NCBI GenBank assembly: GCA_008632985.1
Contig: QPGO01000037.1
Location: 310,001-374,000, forward strand
DNA length: 64,000 nt
Direction of reading: 5' to 3'
DNA from: Psammoneis japonica
Lineage: Eukaryota
Numbering within the stretch: the stretch's first letter is position 1; each line of letters opens with the position of its first letter. The notes below the pieces were generated by a model. That model saw only the letters and a list, made by a program, of their open reading frames with translations. It was not told the origin of the DNA and made no database searches. This document shows positions 49,301 through 62,870 of this stretch, piece by piece. The position numbers were made by a program, and so were the translations under genes.

Positions 49301-52300
49301 CCCAAACAGATGCTGAAAGTTTGAGGATCCAATGCCCCCGCTTAAAAAAAAAATGCTGAAAGACTCAAGTCATGTGGAACATTGGCCCAGAAAAGACACT
49401 GTGACCTCTCTCAGTCCTGGATGTCCATGCTGAAAAAATGACAAGTAAAATGCAAGTGTGTGCAACGACATGCACAACAACAACAGACTGAGGCCACATG
49501 TCACAGTGCACTCACCAGGGCACCTTTCTCAGGTGCTTCTGAGTCGCCCCACCAAATCTTGTGGCCCTGAGTGCTGCCAGCGGTTCGTTGCATCCGCACA
49601 TCCAAGGGTGGGCAAGCAGCCCGGCAACGAAAGCCTCCACCTCACCATTTTGCCAAGTGCAAAGCCTGGACCAGTCAGCGCACCACCAAAATCTTCGAAA
49701 ATGGCATGGATGATGTCATGTTTTAGACAATGAAGAGAGTGTGGTTGTAGAGTGGGAAGAAGGGCCATGACAGACCAGACACCTGCACGCATGAACGAGA
49801 CACACCACAAAATGTCAGCAAGGCACGCAATTTTTGTCAAAACAAGTCCAAAACTCAATCACAACACACTCACAGGAGCATCATCTTTTGACTGTGACAA
49901 GACTGTCCAACAAATGGCAATGTCATGGGTATCTCTGAGGCTCCATTGCATTGTTTTGTTCCCACGGTGTGCACTTGCAAGAATTTGTTGTCACTGAAAA
50001 ACAACATGCTGTGATTGCGAGCCAACCAAGACCTTCACAAACACATCAAGCTCATCACAAGTCCAAACAAACAGTGCAAACAGATGCGCAAAAGGATGCA
50101 GAGTGGGGCAAAGCACAAGGCTCCCAAACAGATGTGCTGTGGTGGTGCAAACGCCATGAAAAAGACACCAACATCACAGATGCAACAATCAACCATGCAA
50201 GACGAACAATCGACCTTGCAAGCTGCAACAAAAAACAACAATGATCTTCAGTGAACAGGAAAACAATGTAAAATGATGGAACACAAAGAGAACTCACCAT
50301 TGCAACGTTGTCAACCATTCAGATGTTGCCAGCACCCTGCAGCAATTGAGCCACCAGTCGAGGTGTGCAACTGTTTGCACCATGTGTCAAAACCAAAGCA
50401 CCCTGGAAAACCAAACCAGTGCACCAACTCTTCATGACAATGGATCCAGCAAGAAAAGGACACCTGGCTTAAAAACAAGGGTGAAAAGGCAACGAAGGTG
50501 TTGCAAAAAAGGAGTGGATGGTGGCGTCAGTTGGAAAAAATTTTGGAAAACAACAAAATCCAACTTGACAGACAAGTGCCGAGTTTGGATCCCCAACATT
50601 TTGAGCTCCACCATGTCTGGAAACAGGCTGATGTTGCTTTCAACGCCATTGTGGCAAACACATTTGCAAAGCATTTGTTGGCAATGGGGGTTGACAAGCA
50701 GATCAACGCTGGGAAAATGGAGTGCTTCCAAAAGGTTGTTGGAGACGACCTTTCCGCCATGTTTGCCGCTCGTTGTTTCTTGGAGCAGCTTCACACGCAC
50801 AATGGCAAATCTTCAGTTCACTGATCAGTTTTTCATTTTCAGCAACTGGTGCCAAAAGGGTGTTCTGGACATGACCAAAAGTGCCAATGAGGCTGACACC
50901 CACCCCGTTTCATTTTGGATGATTGAGCACTGAACAGGCTCTGTTTGCTTCTTTCTGGGATTGGAAACATCTGTGATTGTTTCTGCATGCATCCCATGCA
51001 ACAACAGTTTTCGGCAGATGTGTTGCTCTCTGTGATGAGTCAATGCTGCAAGCAGAGTCAAGATGCACACATGAAGATGAAGTGCAGCTGTGGTGCAGCA
51101 CAACACCCACGTGGGGCGTTGGATCACAGTGTCACATGGATGATGGCAGGGACCCTGTGGCAGCAGAGAGAGCAGGGCTTGATGAAGTTCAGAAGAATCC
51201 AATGACAAAAACACATCACACAAGCATTTCTTGACCTGCACAAATTCATCTGTGTCCCCCCCCCCTGCCCTGACCCCAACCGGAGACAGACGGGCAAGAC
51301 GAAGTCGGGGTTTGGGGTTGACCACTTTCAAAATGACCAAATTTGCAAGTGGCCATTGCATGCAAAATGGAGTGCAATGACTTTTGCATGGTTCGGGATT
51401 TCACAAAAAAAATCACTGTGTTTGCCAATGTAAAACATTCCAAATTTTATGTTGCCCCAGTCATTTTTTGGTTGGGATGCCATTGACTCCCAGCCAATTG
51501 ATTGGCTGTTTTTCTGTTTTGAGGTCATTTGCATTAAATGTTTGAATGCCAGTTGCTTTTGTCTTTTTTGTGCCCTGAACACATGCATGTGATGCAGCAC
51601 TTCTTTCCATTGAGATGATGGATTTTTGGATTTTGTGCTTTTTTTGTGCTCGCTTGCTTTCAACAAATTCAAACTGGAGATCGTGAGCACAAACAACTCA
51701 CTCAACCCTTGTTTCCATGCCTGACAAGGACAATCACATGATGCAAGCCTGGATTGTTGCTGCATTGTTAAAAACCATTGTCCAATGATTGCAATCTTCA
51801 GCTGCGAATGCCCTGCATGATGGTCATTTGCAGCAGCAGGAGCCCCTGACAGCCTTCGTGGAGCCCTCTTTTGTCTCCTCCTGAAGCGAGCAAGGAACTC
51901 ACTCAATGCCAATGGCATGTTCTTCATTCTCCTGCCATCAAGCTTCTTCCTAAGATGAAGTCCCTTTCTTGTTGTTGCTCCAGACAGAACCACACAAACA
52001 CCCAGTTGTCTCTGCAGTCAAAGTTGTTGACAACCAGGAGGCTCTCTGAGGCAAAGTGGCCTCCATGTTGAACAAAAAGAAGCCTCCTCTTTACACCCAA
52101 ATGACTTGCACTTCAGCAGACAATGTCGCTCAGCTTGCAGTTGTGGACAGGGAGAACAAGGTCCAGTTCTCTTTGCACCTGAACAAGGATGTGAGGAACA
52201 GATTGCTGGCAGATCACGGCTCTTGACTTTCAGATGTTTTGCCATGAGAGTCAGTTGCAAAAATGACAAAGATCCAGAGGAGAGTGGCTGGCCTGTCAGG

Positions 52301-52950
52301 ACTCATCTGATCACAACAAATGAAAACACTGCCAAATCACATCTTCAGCTTTGTCAGTTCACCAAGAATTGGGTGACACAAATCACAAAGACAACAAGCG
52401 CACAAGACAGAGCATGTTGCTGATGACAGTGCATTGTGCAATGTTGTGCACTCTCCGCCTGTTGCACCCAACCATTTGTGCACCACCAGCACCGTCTTCA
52501 AGCTGATTGGAGAGGTGCACAATGAAGATGATGCTGATTGGACATTTTGCGAAACTTGTGCAGATGTTGCAAAGCCGCAGTTTGCTGGCCATGAATGTCC
52601 AAATGAAGCAAAAGAGCATTGCGGATGTCCTTGTTCTCCCTGACATTTTGTCGAACATGACATCATTGTGTTGTTTGAAGCACCCAAAATTTTTGCTTGA
52701 TGTTTGCAAACAAAGAGACAGTGAGACACAGCCGTTCAGCAAAGTGCCCAATTTGAGTCAATGTGCATTTCACTGACCACCCTGGGCAAGTGACACAAAA
52801 GTTTTATTTGTGACTGACTGAGTGTTGCAGTGTCACGCACCCTGTTTTTCTGACACACAGTGTCAATGATCCTGTCAGATGCAAGAGAAGCCATTGCAAT
52901 GGGCTTTGCTGAAAGTGACCTCGTCACCTTGGTCTCTCTCTCACAACTTT
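46330..52950. mobile_element. Block of unclassified, heavily hypermutated repeat relics
   Basis: TA nearly absent, CG strongly reduced, Tyr almost absent from all six frames. No family motif recognised with confidence. Confidence 0.5.
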
Positions 52951-53221
52951 GTTGTCACTCAAGTCTTTATCTTGTTGGACCTTGCACTGCAATCTCAGTT
53001 GACTTAAGAACTGGATGGAGACTGGGAACGATGCAAACAGATTGACCAAACATGAGAAAAGAGAACTGCGAGCAAGAGCAGCAGCTTGGGCGATTGACCA
53101 CCAGAAACAAGTGCAGCAACGCAAACAACACAAGCAGAATTTGGCAAGCCGAGTGCATCATTTGGAGTCAAAGGCAGAGTCCTTGGAGAGGACTGTTGTG
53201 CAATTGTGCTCCATGTTGCAT

Positions 53222-56163
53222 GATGAGTGACTCGTTAAAAGAACCCTGTGTTGCCTGTGAGGGGAAATTTGAACATTCTGATTTGGAGGAGGACGTGAAA
53301 TTGAGTCAGTCGTGTGATGATGGCAGCACTTGCACTCAGAAGTGTCTGCCCTTTGATGGTGCTCATGGCATTGAAGCTTTGTTGTTTGTTGAGGATCATT
53401 TTTGTAAAATTGCCATGAAGTTGGAGTTTGCAGCTGGTGAGGAATTGTTTGACAATTTTGAAGAAGTGTTGACTGACACTGCTGAGGACAAGTGGGTGAA
53501 CTTGACCGATGCTGTTGCCAATGCTGACAAAACTGTTGCACATTTTGATCAAGAGACGAGTCATTTTCATCTGTCTCATTGTGACAATGAGGCATGTGAT
53601 GCTGTGATTGAATGCTTGCCAACCTTGAAAAAACCACTCAAATCTGAAGCGCAGGCACACGCTGATTGTGTGGAGACCCCAACTTGCCATTCCAACAAAT
53701 CACCTGGAAACACTCCTCAAGCTGACAATGCTCAGAAGAAGAAGATGATCTTCGACAGCTTTCCTTGTCTGTGGCACAAGTGTGCACTCAAGCAGTCGAC
53801 AGCTGATGAGACAGTCTTGCTGAGATCATCAGCCCTCACGTGAACAAAACAAGAAGTCTTCCTTTGCCAACAAGAGTGACGACAAGAAGCAGGACAAGAA
53901 GTGAGTTGGCAATTCCTCATCCTCTCAAGCTTCAAAGCAAAGTTGAGGCAACAATGCTCAAGCTGATCCAGAGTCCAGATGCCCAGCACATGCCAGCCAT
54001 GACCACAAGTGGAAAGATTGTGTTTTGAACCCAGACAGCCAAAATGTTGACAAAGGACAGACCATGGAGGTCGTGGTGGAGGCCATGGAAACTTCCAAGG
54101 CAGAGGTTTGCAAGGCCGAGGAGGTCATGGCAACTTCCAAGGTCAAGGACGTGGCAGCTGCGGCAACCAAAGCAATTGTGGTGGCCGAGGTTGCGGCAAC
54201 TGCCAAGGCTCTCAGATTCCCCAAGGCGGAGGATCCTGTTGTCAAAATCAATGTGGCACCCAAGCCAACTGTGACACCCAAGGCTGTGGAAATCTGTCTG
54301 GATCAGCTCCTCCTGGTGGCTGGCAAATGGAGTTGCACCACTTTGATCAAGGAGGGCCTTGTGAGTTACGAGGTGGAAACGGGTGCAACCAAGGCAGTCG
54401 CTTTCCTCAAAGCCAATGCAGTTGGCACAGTTGATGAGGGATGGAAGTGCCTGAGTCAGAGTGTGTCACTCAATCCTTTTGTGTTTTGTGCAATTGTGAT
54501 GAACACATGTGTTTTAATGTTGATGAAAGTGTGGGGGACCTGATGGAATCCTGTGCTGTGAATGAAGAAGAAATGGGCAGCGCCTTGGAGTGCGCTGCAC
54601 CAACCCCAAAAACTGTGACTCCCAAACCATTGAATGTGGCATCTACAATGTTGATGGCAGCACACACAACGCACAATTCAAAATCAAGAGAGCAAGCAAG
54701 CATTGCATGTGTTGTTAGATTCAGGAGGCACTGACACACTTGTGCATTCTTGAGTTTTGCAAAGGGAGCCAATCTGACTGTGAACAACAAGGGACAACTG
54801 AGTTTTCAGACGGCAGCTGGATGGCATGAGTCCTCCCGACATGCAATCATGAAGGATTTGGTGCTTCCCAAATTTGACAAGTCCAAGCAAGTTGATGGAT
54901 TCGTGGCTCAAGCATTTGATTTGCTGTGCAAGTGTGGTGTGATGTTGGGCCAAGACTTCCTTGCTCAAGCCAGCACAGTGTTGGATTTCTGGTTCGGAGT
55001 TGTGAAGTGGTTGGATGCTGCGATCCCGATGAAGCAACCCAATCATTGGAGCCAGGTTCAGAATTGGGTGGATGTGCCAGACGACCATGAGGAGGACAAA
55101 GATGACAAGGAATTGCCAGGTCAATCCTTCATGTTAGATGCCAAGTGTGAGAAAGTGTCGACCGCAAAAGTGGTGCAATCACAGACTCATTTGATGCAGG
55201 AACAACATGACAAATTCCAAACCGTGCTTGAAAAGCATGAAACTCTTTTTGATGGAACCCTTGGCAAATGCCCGCATGAAACGGTGCACTTGGAAGTTGA
55301 CCCTGACACTGTTCCCTTTCATTCTAAAGCCTGCGAAGTGTCCAAACAAGACAAGGCAGTCTTTAAGAAGGAGTTGCAACACCTCTGCAATGTCGGTGCA
55401 CTGGAACCAGTGGGACCAACAGAATGGGTGGCAGGAACCTTTGTGACACCCAAGAAGGATGGGCGAGCCAGGTGGGTGTCCAACTTTTGAGAGTTGAACA
55501 AGGCACTCAAGTGGAAAGTGCACCCTCTGCCAATCATTCAAGACATTCTACACTGACGATCAGGATGCAAGTTTTTGACCAAGTTGGACATCACCATGTT
55601 TTGTTGTCACACCAAGCTGGGTGACAAGTCCAAGAACCTTTGTGCAATTGTCGCCCCATTTGGAAAGTTTCGGCACTGCAGACCAGCTGTGGGTTTGAAA
55701 GCTTCACCAGATGTTGCTCAAGCCATCATTGAAAAAGTGGTAATTGGATTTGATGTTGAGGCCTGCATTGATGATGTTGCTGAATTTGATGATTCGTTTG
55801 ATGCTCACATGCGTCAACTTGACAAGTTGTTGTCCAGGCTGAAGGAAAACAACCTCAAAGTCAATCCACTCAAATGTGAGTGGTGCATCCAAGAGATGGA
55901 TTTTCCAGGCCATTGGCTCACACCTGCAGGAGTTCGACCACGGAAGAAGAAGGTTGACATGGTGCTGCAAATGCAGCCTCCTCAGAACATGACTCTTTCA
56001 TTGGTGCAGTGACCTGCTGTTGAAACATGTGGCCCCATCACTCTCATGCACTTGCTCCACTGACCAAATTGACGGGCAAAAGCAAATTGGAATGGACCCC
56101 AGAGTGTCAGAAGGCTTTTGAGGACATGAAGACTTTGACAATGGATGATGCCCTTTGGGTCCA
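53222..56163 (+). mobile_element. Degenerate Ty3/Gypsy element D (gag, PR, RT), 5' part, LTR not identified
   Basis: LKKP gag motif, LDSG protease, FDGTLG, PKKDG..RWVS, TKLD, PFGKF, and VEACIDD (YIDD). Confidence 0.88.
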
Positions 56164-56280
56164 TGACAGGATTTGAACAGGATTTAGGTGTGCGCGAAAT
56201 GTCGCGCGCTGCTCAGTTTACCGCGCACAGTTTTGTGTGCTCTTTGGTTCCGCGCGCACGCGCGATGCAGTTTGCTTTCA

Positions 56281-56610
56281 ACAGGAATCATTCGAAAATG
56301 TCGCAAGAGTCATAATTGTTGGCATTTTACACAAGGAAAAATGCCAAATCGTGTAGAAATGTACACAATGTCATACGAGAGGGTGATTGGGGCTACTGGC
56401 TTTTCGGGAACTCAATTGAAATGTTGTCTGACCAAGGGCATTTTGATTTGGATGGTGAAGAGCAATGCCCTTGGTCAGACAACATTTCAATTGATTTCCC
56501 GAGGAGTTGACATTCGAAATGCAGACGGGTGGACAGACTGACAACAAACATTTCTGGCACTCTTCTACACAACTTCTGCGTGATGACTCTGAGAGCCGAA
56601 TGATTCCCAG
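56281..56610. mobile_element. MITE of about 330 bp in the 5' LTR of element E
   Basis: Absent from the 3' LTR. TIR core GGAATCATTCG/CGAATGATTCC, internal inverted repeat 56405-56442 / 56464-56501. Confidence 0.75.
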
Positions 56611-56912
56611 TGGAGCCACTTTGGCTCACAAGAACAATGACAGCAGCCCGATCACTGCGAAATGCCTGACAATTGTCATGATTAAAAGCAGCAAATTTCT
56701 CTTGCAATTTTTCAGTCAACCTCAACAAAAGTTCAACAAAAGTTGCGCGCTTCAGTTCGCTCCAGCACACTTGTGCGCATGGCCAGCACTCTGACGTCAT
56801 GGTGTTGGCGGCACGAATCAAATGATTGCTTCCATCAAACGAGCAATGATCATCTCATTGCAATGAGGACATCAACCTGGAAGCAGTGGTGCTGTGGACC
56901 ACATGACGTGCA

Positions 56913-58058
56913 ATGCAGAATGACCCTGCGGATCAAAGAGCTGCTGCCCGTGTTGCCATTGGGGCTCACAGGGAGCTCGGATTGACACGTGCACGGCTCC
57001 CTGACCCATCGCGTGGTGGATGCCGAGGGCACCCAGTTTGGTTCCGTGAAGCGGAGCTGCAGCAATTCTTCAACGGTGATGACATCAGCACATCAATGCG
57101 ATCCATTGCTCGTTGGCGCAACCGACTGGATCCACGCCGAATGACTGGCAACAGTGATCGAACAAACTTGGTGGGCGTCGATCAATTCTTGATGTGTCTG
57201 TGCCTCATTGGTTGCCCACATGCCAATGAAGACAAAATCGCGGCATTCATTGCGGATCAAGGCGGAAAGATCTATGGACAAGCCATTGTTTCTAAGCGAA
57301 TGAAGGAGATGAAACTCACTTTGAAAAGAGGGTCTGCTGAGGCATGCCAGGCAATGACACCCATCAACACAGCCAAACGCGAAATGTTCTGGAGCATGCC
57401 CCCACCCCTTGGCATTCATCTTGTTGTGAGAAGGCGTCTTGCCGACTTTGATGAGTTTGGCATTGAGCTAAACCAAGTCAATCGAAAACATGGGCATGCT
57501 TTTGTTGGTTTGCATGTCAGAAAACTTGGGCACTGTGTCCGTGGTGTGAAGTTCACCGCAATTTTGTGTGTTGAGCCGGGTGACCCCCGACTTCCTCCCC
57601 ATGTGCACGGTGGCGCACAATGGCCTCGACGGTGGACAAGTGTGAGGTGAGCAGGAGGCACAGACCAATTTGCACTTGCTGATTTTGTCAACCAGGTGCT
57701 GTCTTCAATCGAGGCGAACCCAATTGCTGGTCTGGACGACCACCGAATTTTGATGTGGGACAATCTCAATTCTCATCTCACTCCACTTGCAACCCAAACA
57801 GTGGAGGGTCGCAATGCTCCAGGACATCGCTTTGAAATTGTCCAGAGACCACCCCACCAGCCCAAGGACGGTCCTGTGGAGCATGCTGTTTGCCAGATCA
57901 CGGACCGGCTCAAGGACCAGCTTTTTTCCATCAACAGCCTCCACGATCTGGATCAACAAATCCACATGGTTGCCGCCCAAGAGTTGCACGGTGTTGACAA
58001 CACCTTCCACAACTGTGGCTGCATTTGGAACCAGTGCAATGGAACAAGAATAAAGTAG
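56913..58058 (+). pseudogene. DDE transposase (DD39E spacing), one internal TGA at 57648
   Basis: HTH-like N-terminus, LADFDEFG, ILMWDNL..H, RPPHQPKDGPVE (P.YSP..NP.E-like). The two ORFs are in the same frame. Confidence 0.82.
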
Positions 58059-58099
58059 ATGGAGGTCCACTCTACAATGCTTTTTGCTGCTCATCAGAA

Positions 58100-60240
58100 C
58101 ATCAAATCAACGTCGACTAGTGTTGACAGCTTGTGCCACTGCCGGTGTCGTGAGAGGCACCAACAAACAGACACACTGTTTTCAATCAAGTCTGCCGTAC
58201 AGCCTGTTGCACATGCATGCAGTCGCGAAGATTCTCTTGACTGCAGTGCAATCTAGATGAACCCGGGACACTTTCAACACCTCCAGCTCAAGGCGATCCC
58301 GTGGCCACCTCAAGCGCAACTTCCGTGACGTCTTGCGAGCCCATTTCTTGCACGGCATCACTCTCAGCAACAGAGGTGACCAATTCATCACCTTGAACAA
58401 GATTGCGACAGAGCGTGCGGAGCTTTTTCCTCTCTACAAAATGCAGGAGAACAGAAAACAAGTGAGAACACAGATCAATTGCAAATGGAACACCAACAAA
58501 ACAAAAATGAGCACAATCTTACCCGGATTTGCATCAGAAAAGTTGGTCATGTTGCGAAGGGTTGCATCCATGACGCACTCAGTTGTGCTTTTCTTGGGAG
58601 TTTGGTGCGCAGGAGTTGCCAAGGCCTCGTCCAAAGCCTCCGGACTGCTGTCAAGTAAATCAATTGCCTCATCTTGAGGTGGAAATCTAGCAACTGATGC
58701 TCCTGGACCACCTGCACCTTGTGCTGCAATCAAAGGATCCAACCGATTATGGCAAAGACGGCTGTTGGCAGTCTGGCCGCTGTCGCCTCCGGAGCCCTTG
58801 CGTTCGAGCTGCCTCGCCTCACTCACGTGCCTGCGAGCATCGTCAATGTGCTCCCCAGCAGCCAAACGACGGCAGGGCTTGCCAAAAGCATCTGTGAGAA
58901 GCTTCTGAGCTCCCGTCATTTGTGGAACAACTCCATTGAATGCAGCAGCAAATCCCGCGATGCCGAGTCCTTCCAACGCGACATCACATTGGCTCCTGCT
59001 CTCGTCGCCACCCTGACTGGCATGCACCATGCCGTTCCCAATGTTGTCCCCAATGAGGCCTTGCAGCATTTCAAGCTGCCTCTGTGGTGCAGCCTCAGTG
59101 GCCTGAGTCTCAAAATCATTTAGATGCTTTTCAATGTGGGCATCCCCCATGATCTTGGTTCTCTGGATGCCGAGAAATGCAAACCACAGCATCAGCAGAG
59201 CCAAAATAAAAGAGTTGGCAAACAATGCCACCTTCAACAGACTCACCTCGTGCACTGCGCAGCTTGCATCGCATGGGCAGCAACAAATGGCACAGGAACA
59301 CATCTGTCCGTCGGGTCCACCGTTTGGGTCCGGTGCAAATCCGGGTTGTCCTCCAACCAACGCGCGTTGAAAGCAGCCTTCCCCATTGGGCCTCATCAGA
59401 CAGTTTTGCTTGCAACAGTGGCACGCAAGCAGTGCAGAATGAGTCTTGCCACACTTTGGCTTGTTGCCCTTCTTGCCGTTTGCTGTCCAAGCCGCAACCG
59501 CCTGCCTGTGCTTCTCCTTCACCGCGTTGTTCTTGCGGTCCACCTCTTCGTTGGACTCTACTTGCATCACGGCATCATGACCACAGCGAGCACATTCATC
59601 TACATGCCTTTTTGTCTCGTCCCACTCCACCATGTCCTGGACTCTCTGACCTGTTTTCTTAGCACCAGCACGTCGACTTGCTGCATTCTTGCTCGATTCG
59701 ACTGGTGCTTGGGACTGGACCTTCTTCCGGCAGTCTTCAACAAGCTTGACAAGCTGCGCAGCTTCTTCAGTTCTTTTCTCTCATGTCCTGCTGTTCATTT
59801 GCTGCTTGTGCTCTGCTGACATGTCAAGCAGTCTGCTTAGATCCAGGGTGCGTCATGTGCAGAAGTCTGTGTTCCAGCTGCGTTTGCGCACCGCAGTCGC
59901 CCCTGAGATTTTGAGATTGTTGATCTCGGCGACAGCATGCTCCTCTGCCGGTCCTTGGAAGTCAGCCTTTACAGGCCTCTCCACAAATTCTGCCAACAGC
60001 TTGCGTTTGGTTTCTATCTTCTCACACTGCTTCCTTTCAGTGCGGTGAAGCCGATGTCGTCTTCAACAACCCTGCAGCTCAACCGACGTCTGCTCCGGTG
60101 GCGGTTGAGCGGACGCTTCATTTTCATCCCCGGTGTGATTGGGGATGCCTCTCGTGCCTGTGTTGACAGTGGAGATGTTTGTTGGGAGCTGTGACATTGT
60201 TGATGAAGAGTGTGGACAAGACGAGCAATGCCATCATCCA
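58100..60240 (-). pseudogene. Accessory gene of the DNA transposon, Cys-rich and probably intron-containing
   Basis: 399-aa ORF 58434-59633 with CxxCGH, CHC..QNC, C.C..C.C.C clusters, lying between the TIRs. Boundaries approximate. Confidence 0.5.
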
Positions 60241-62340
60241 CCTTATGATGTGATGATGTGATTCTGTGTTTTTCGTGGTCAGTCAGTCGTCAGAATCATG
60301 TGCGCTGAAAAGTCTGCAGGTTCTGCGTGATGCAGATCGAACCGCGCCACTTTTGTTGAACTTTTGTTGAGGTTGACTGAAAAATTGTAAAAGAAATTTG
60401 CCACTTTCAATTGTGACAATTGTTGGGCATTTCGTAGTGTGCCGACTTGCACGTCTTTCGGCTCCTGCAACGGTCTCTGAGTGGAGACTCATCTGCCATT
60501 TAGATAGCAGCAAGGAGTTGTTGTTTGAATTCTTGCCATTTGCCTTCAATTTCTGTCAGATTAACAGTCTTGATCATTGTCAACCCATTGAGCAATCGCC
60601 ATCGTCGTCGTTGATTTACCGACGACGCCATTTCAATTCTGCGTGGACCTCCGTATATATTCTACGTACATCGGCAATTCTACGCGCATTCAATGCCAGG
60701 CATCGGCAGGAATTTAACGTCAACGTCAAGTCTCCTTACCGCTGCATATCTGGATTGATTATACTACCTTTTATCGCTTTAGACATACATTCAACGGTTA
60801 CATCCAAGTCTATCCTTGATCTTCATCCCTTCATATACCCATTCAACGGTTAACGGTCAAGAACCCTACATATTCAAGATCTTCGTTGCTAAAGACATAC
60901 ATATACATGTCTTCACGGCCAAGAACTTGAACCCATTTTTTGGACTGCGGCTTTGCCACCACTCTACAAGCACACCGAGTCTATTGCACCTGATCTACCC
61001 CGGACTACTGGTGCTCTACAGTTCCACTAGGTCCACGAGGATGACTGTGAGAGCAAGCAGCCGTGATTGCAGCCTGCGTTGGGGCGAGGGTGTTTTCCCG
61101 CGTTTGTTCGTTCGTCCACAGCGCCTGACGCCTGCGTCAACTGGCCAGCCTGATCAGGAAATCCAACCGATGTAAAACAAGAATGGTTCGGGGTCTTGTC
61201 CACCTCTGGTCAGCTTGCCTGCAGGGGTTTACAACCCGCTGCTCCGCTCGCAAGCAACCCAAAGCACCGCTGGCTGCGGGTTCGGATGTGCCGGCACAAC
61301 TCCACCGACCGGATGGGAAGTTTGGCACTCAACTACGAACGGGACAGCACAACCCGGCGACTTCTGATTTTAAGACAGTCCAAGATTTCAAGTCAAGTCT
61401 GGCTCAAGTCAAGTCTTTTTCAAGCCAAGTTGCAAGTCAAAACTCCGAGTCAAGACCGCGCTCTAGATTGGTTCCTGTCTTTTGTTTCCACTGCACCGTC
61501 CCCGTCATGGTTCTCACGTGACAGCAACAAACCGAAAGCTTTAAATGCATTCCAGGCACTGTGCTCAATCAAGATGATGACAGCCCTCTTCGTTCTGCCC
61601 TGTCCATCAACGGGATTGAATCGTGTGGAGGAGTTGTTCACGTTCTTGCCCACCCAAATTGACGCCCTCACTTGCAGAGACGGTGCCAATGTAGTTCCTT
61701 TGCCATGGACCTGCAGAAACCTCCTAGCAGCTTTGATCAGCTTCTACTTTGTCAAAGTTTGCAATGGTGATGATGTGACCAATGAACCCCAGTTGCTCAC
61801 ACCCGAGGAATTTCGCGACTGCCGCCTTGGTCCGGACTGCTTGACCTCTCTGGCCACTGGCGCAGCACCCTCTGCACCTGTGCCGAGTCCCTTGCCATCT
61901 AAACCAGGTGAACCCAGCGCCATTTTGACACCAGCCTTGCACTGTGCCGCCACTCAGGTGTCCCCAAGAAGTGGTGTCAGTCGCGCCCCGCATGTCTTGA
62001 CCAACCCGCCTGCAAGCAAACTCGGCCCAGTGCAGGATTGCAGCCCTTGCGCAGGCCCGCACTTCGAAACCAGTTGGGACACTCCACCAATGGCTTCCAA
62101 AGCTGCAGCCTTTGCACCCCGCAAACCATGTGCTGCCAACCTCCATGTGTCGACTGCTGTCACCCTTCACGACCTTCGTCAGGGAAGTGATGGAGATGAC
62201 AACTTGCTTCTCGTATCTCCTGATGGGGAGCCTCCTTTTCCCATCATTGAATCTGTTCACAACAGTTCAACCAGTTCATCAGATGGGGAGTTCAGGACAT
62301 CCAAGCAGCTTTGTTGTCTTTCGATCCTCCAAGCATCGCA

Positions 62341-62870
62341 CCACAAGATGAGGCCTCCTGATTGGATGCCCCAAGTCTCACACCTTGAGACCAGGCCTCC
62401 TGACTGGATGCCTCAAGTCTCGTGCCTTGAGACCAGGCCTCCGGATTGGATCCCTCAAGTCTCGTACCTTGAGACCAGGTCTCCTGATTGGATGTCCCAA
62501 GTCTCGCACCTCGAGACTGGGCCTCCTGATCGGATGCCTCAAGTCTCGTACATCGAGACTGGGCCTCCAGATTGGATCGTCCATGTCTCGTGCCTCAAGA
62601 CTCGGCCTCCGGATTGGATCCCTCAAGCCTTGCGCCACAAGACTCGGCCCCCCAATTGGATTCCCCAAGTCTCGCACCTCAAGACTTGGCCTCCTGATTG
62701 GATCCCCGAAGACTCGTGTCACAAGACTGGCAAGTCCTTTTGGATTCCAGAAGTCTTGCAGCATGGGACTGGTTGCCCCAATCAGACATCTGCAGTCTTG
62801 CACCACAAGATGTCTTGCTCCAATCTGATCCCCAAAGGCTTGCACCTTGAGACTCGTTCCTCCAATTGGA
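62341..62870 (+). repeat. 42-bp coding minisatellite (ETRPPDWxPQVSxL), about 12 copies, decaying toward the 3' end
   Basis: Repeated GAGAC..GGCCTCC.GA.TGGAT.CC.CAAGTCTCG units inside element E. Confidence 0.9.

Larger units (their letters stand above)
56655..60437 (+). mobile_element. IS630/Tc1/mariner-superfamily DNA transposon with TIRs of about 95 bp and two convergent genes
   Basis: TIRs at about 56655-56750 and 60342-60437. Absent from the 3' LTR of element E. 2-bp TSD now reads CA/TG. Confidence 0.88.

Noticed and set aside
62341..62870. CRISPR-like array
   Set aside because: The units are contiguous degenerate 42-mers without unique spacers, there are no cas genes, and the context is eukaryotic.
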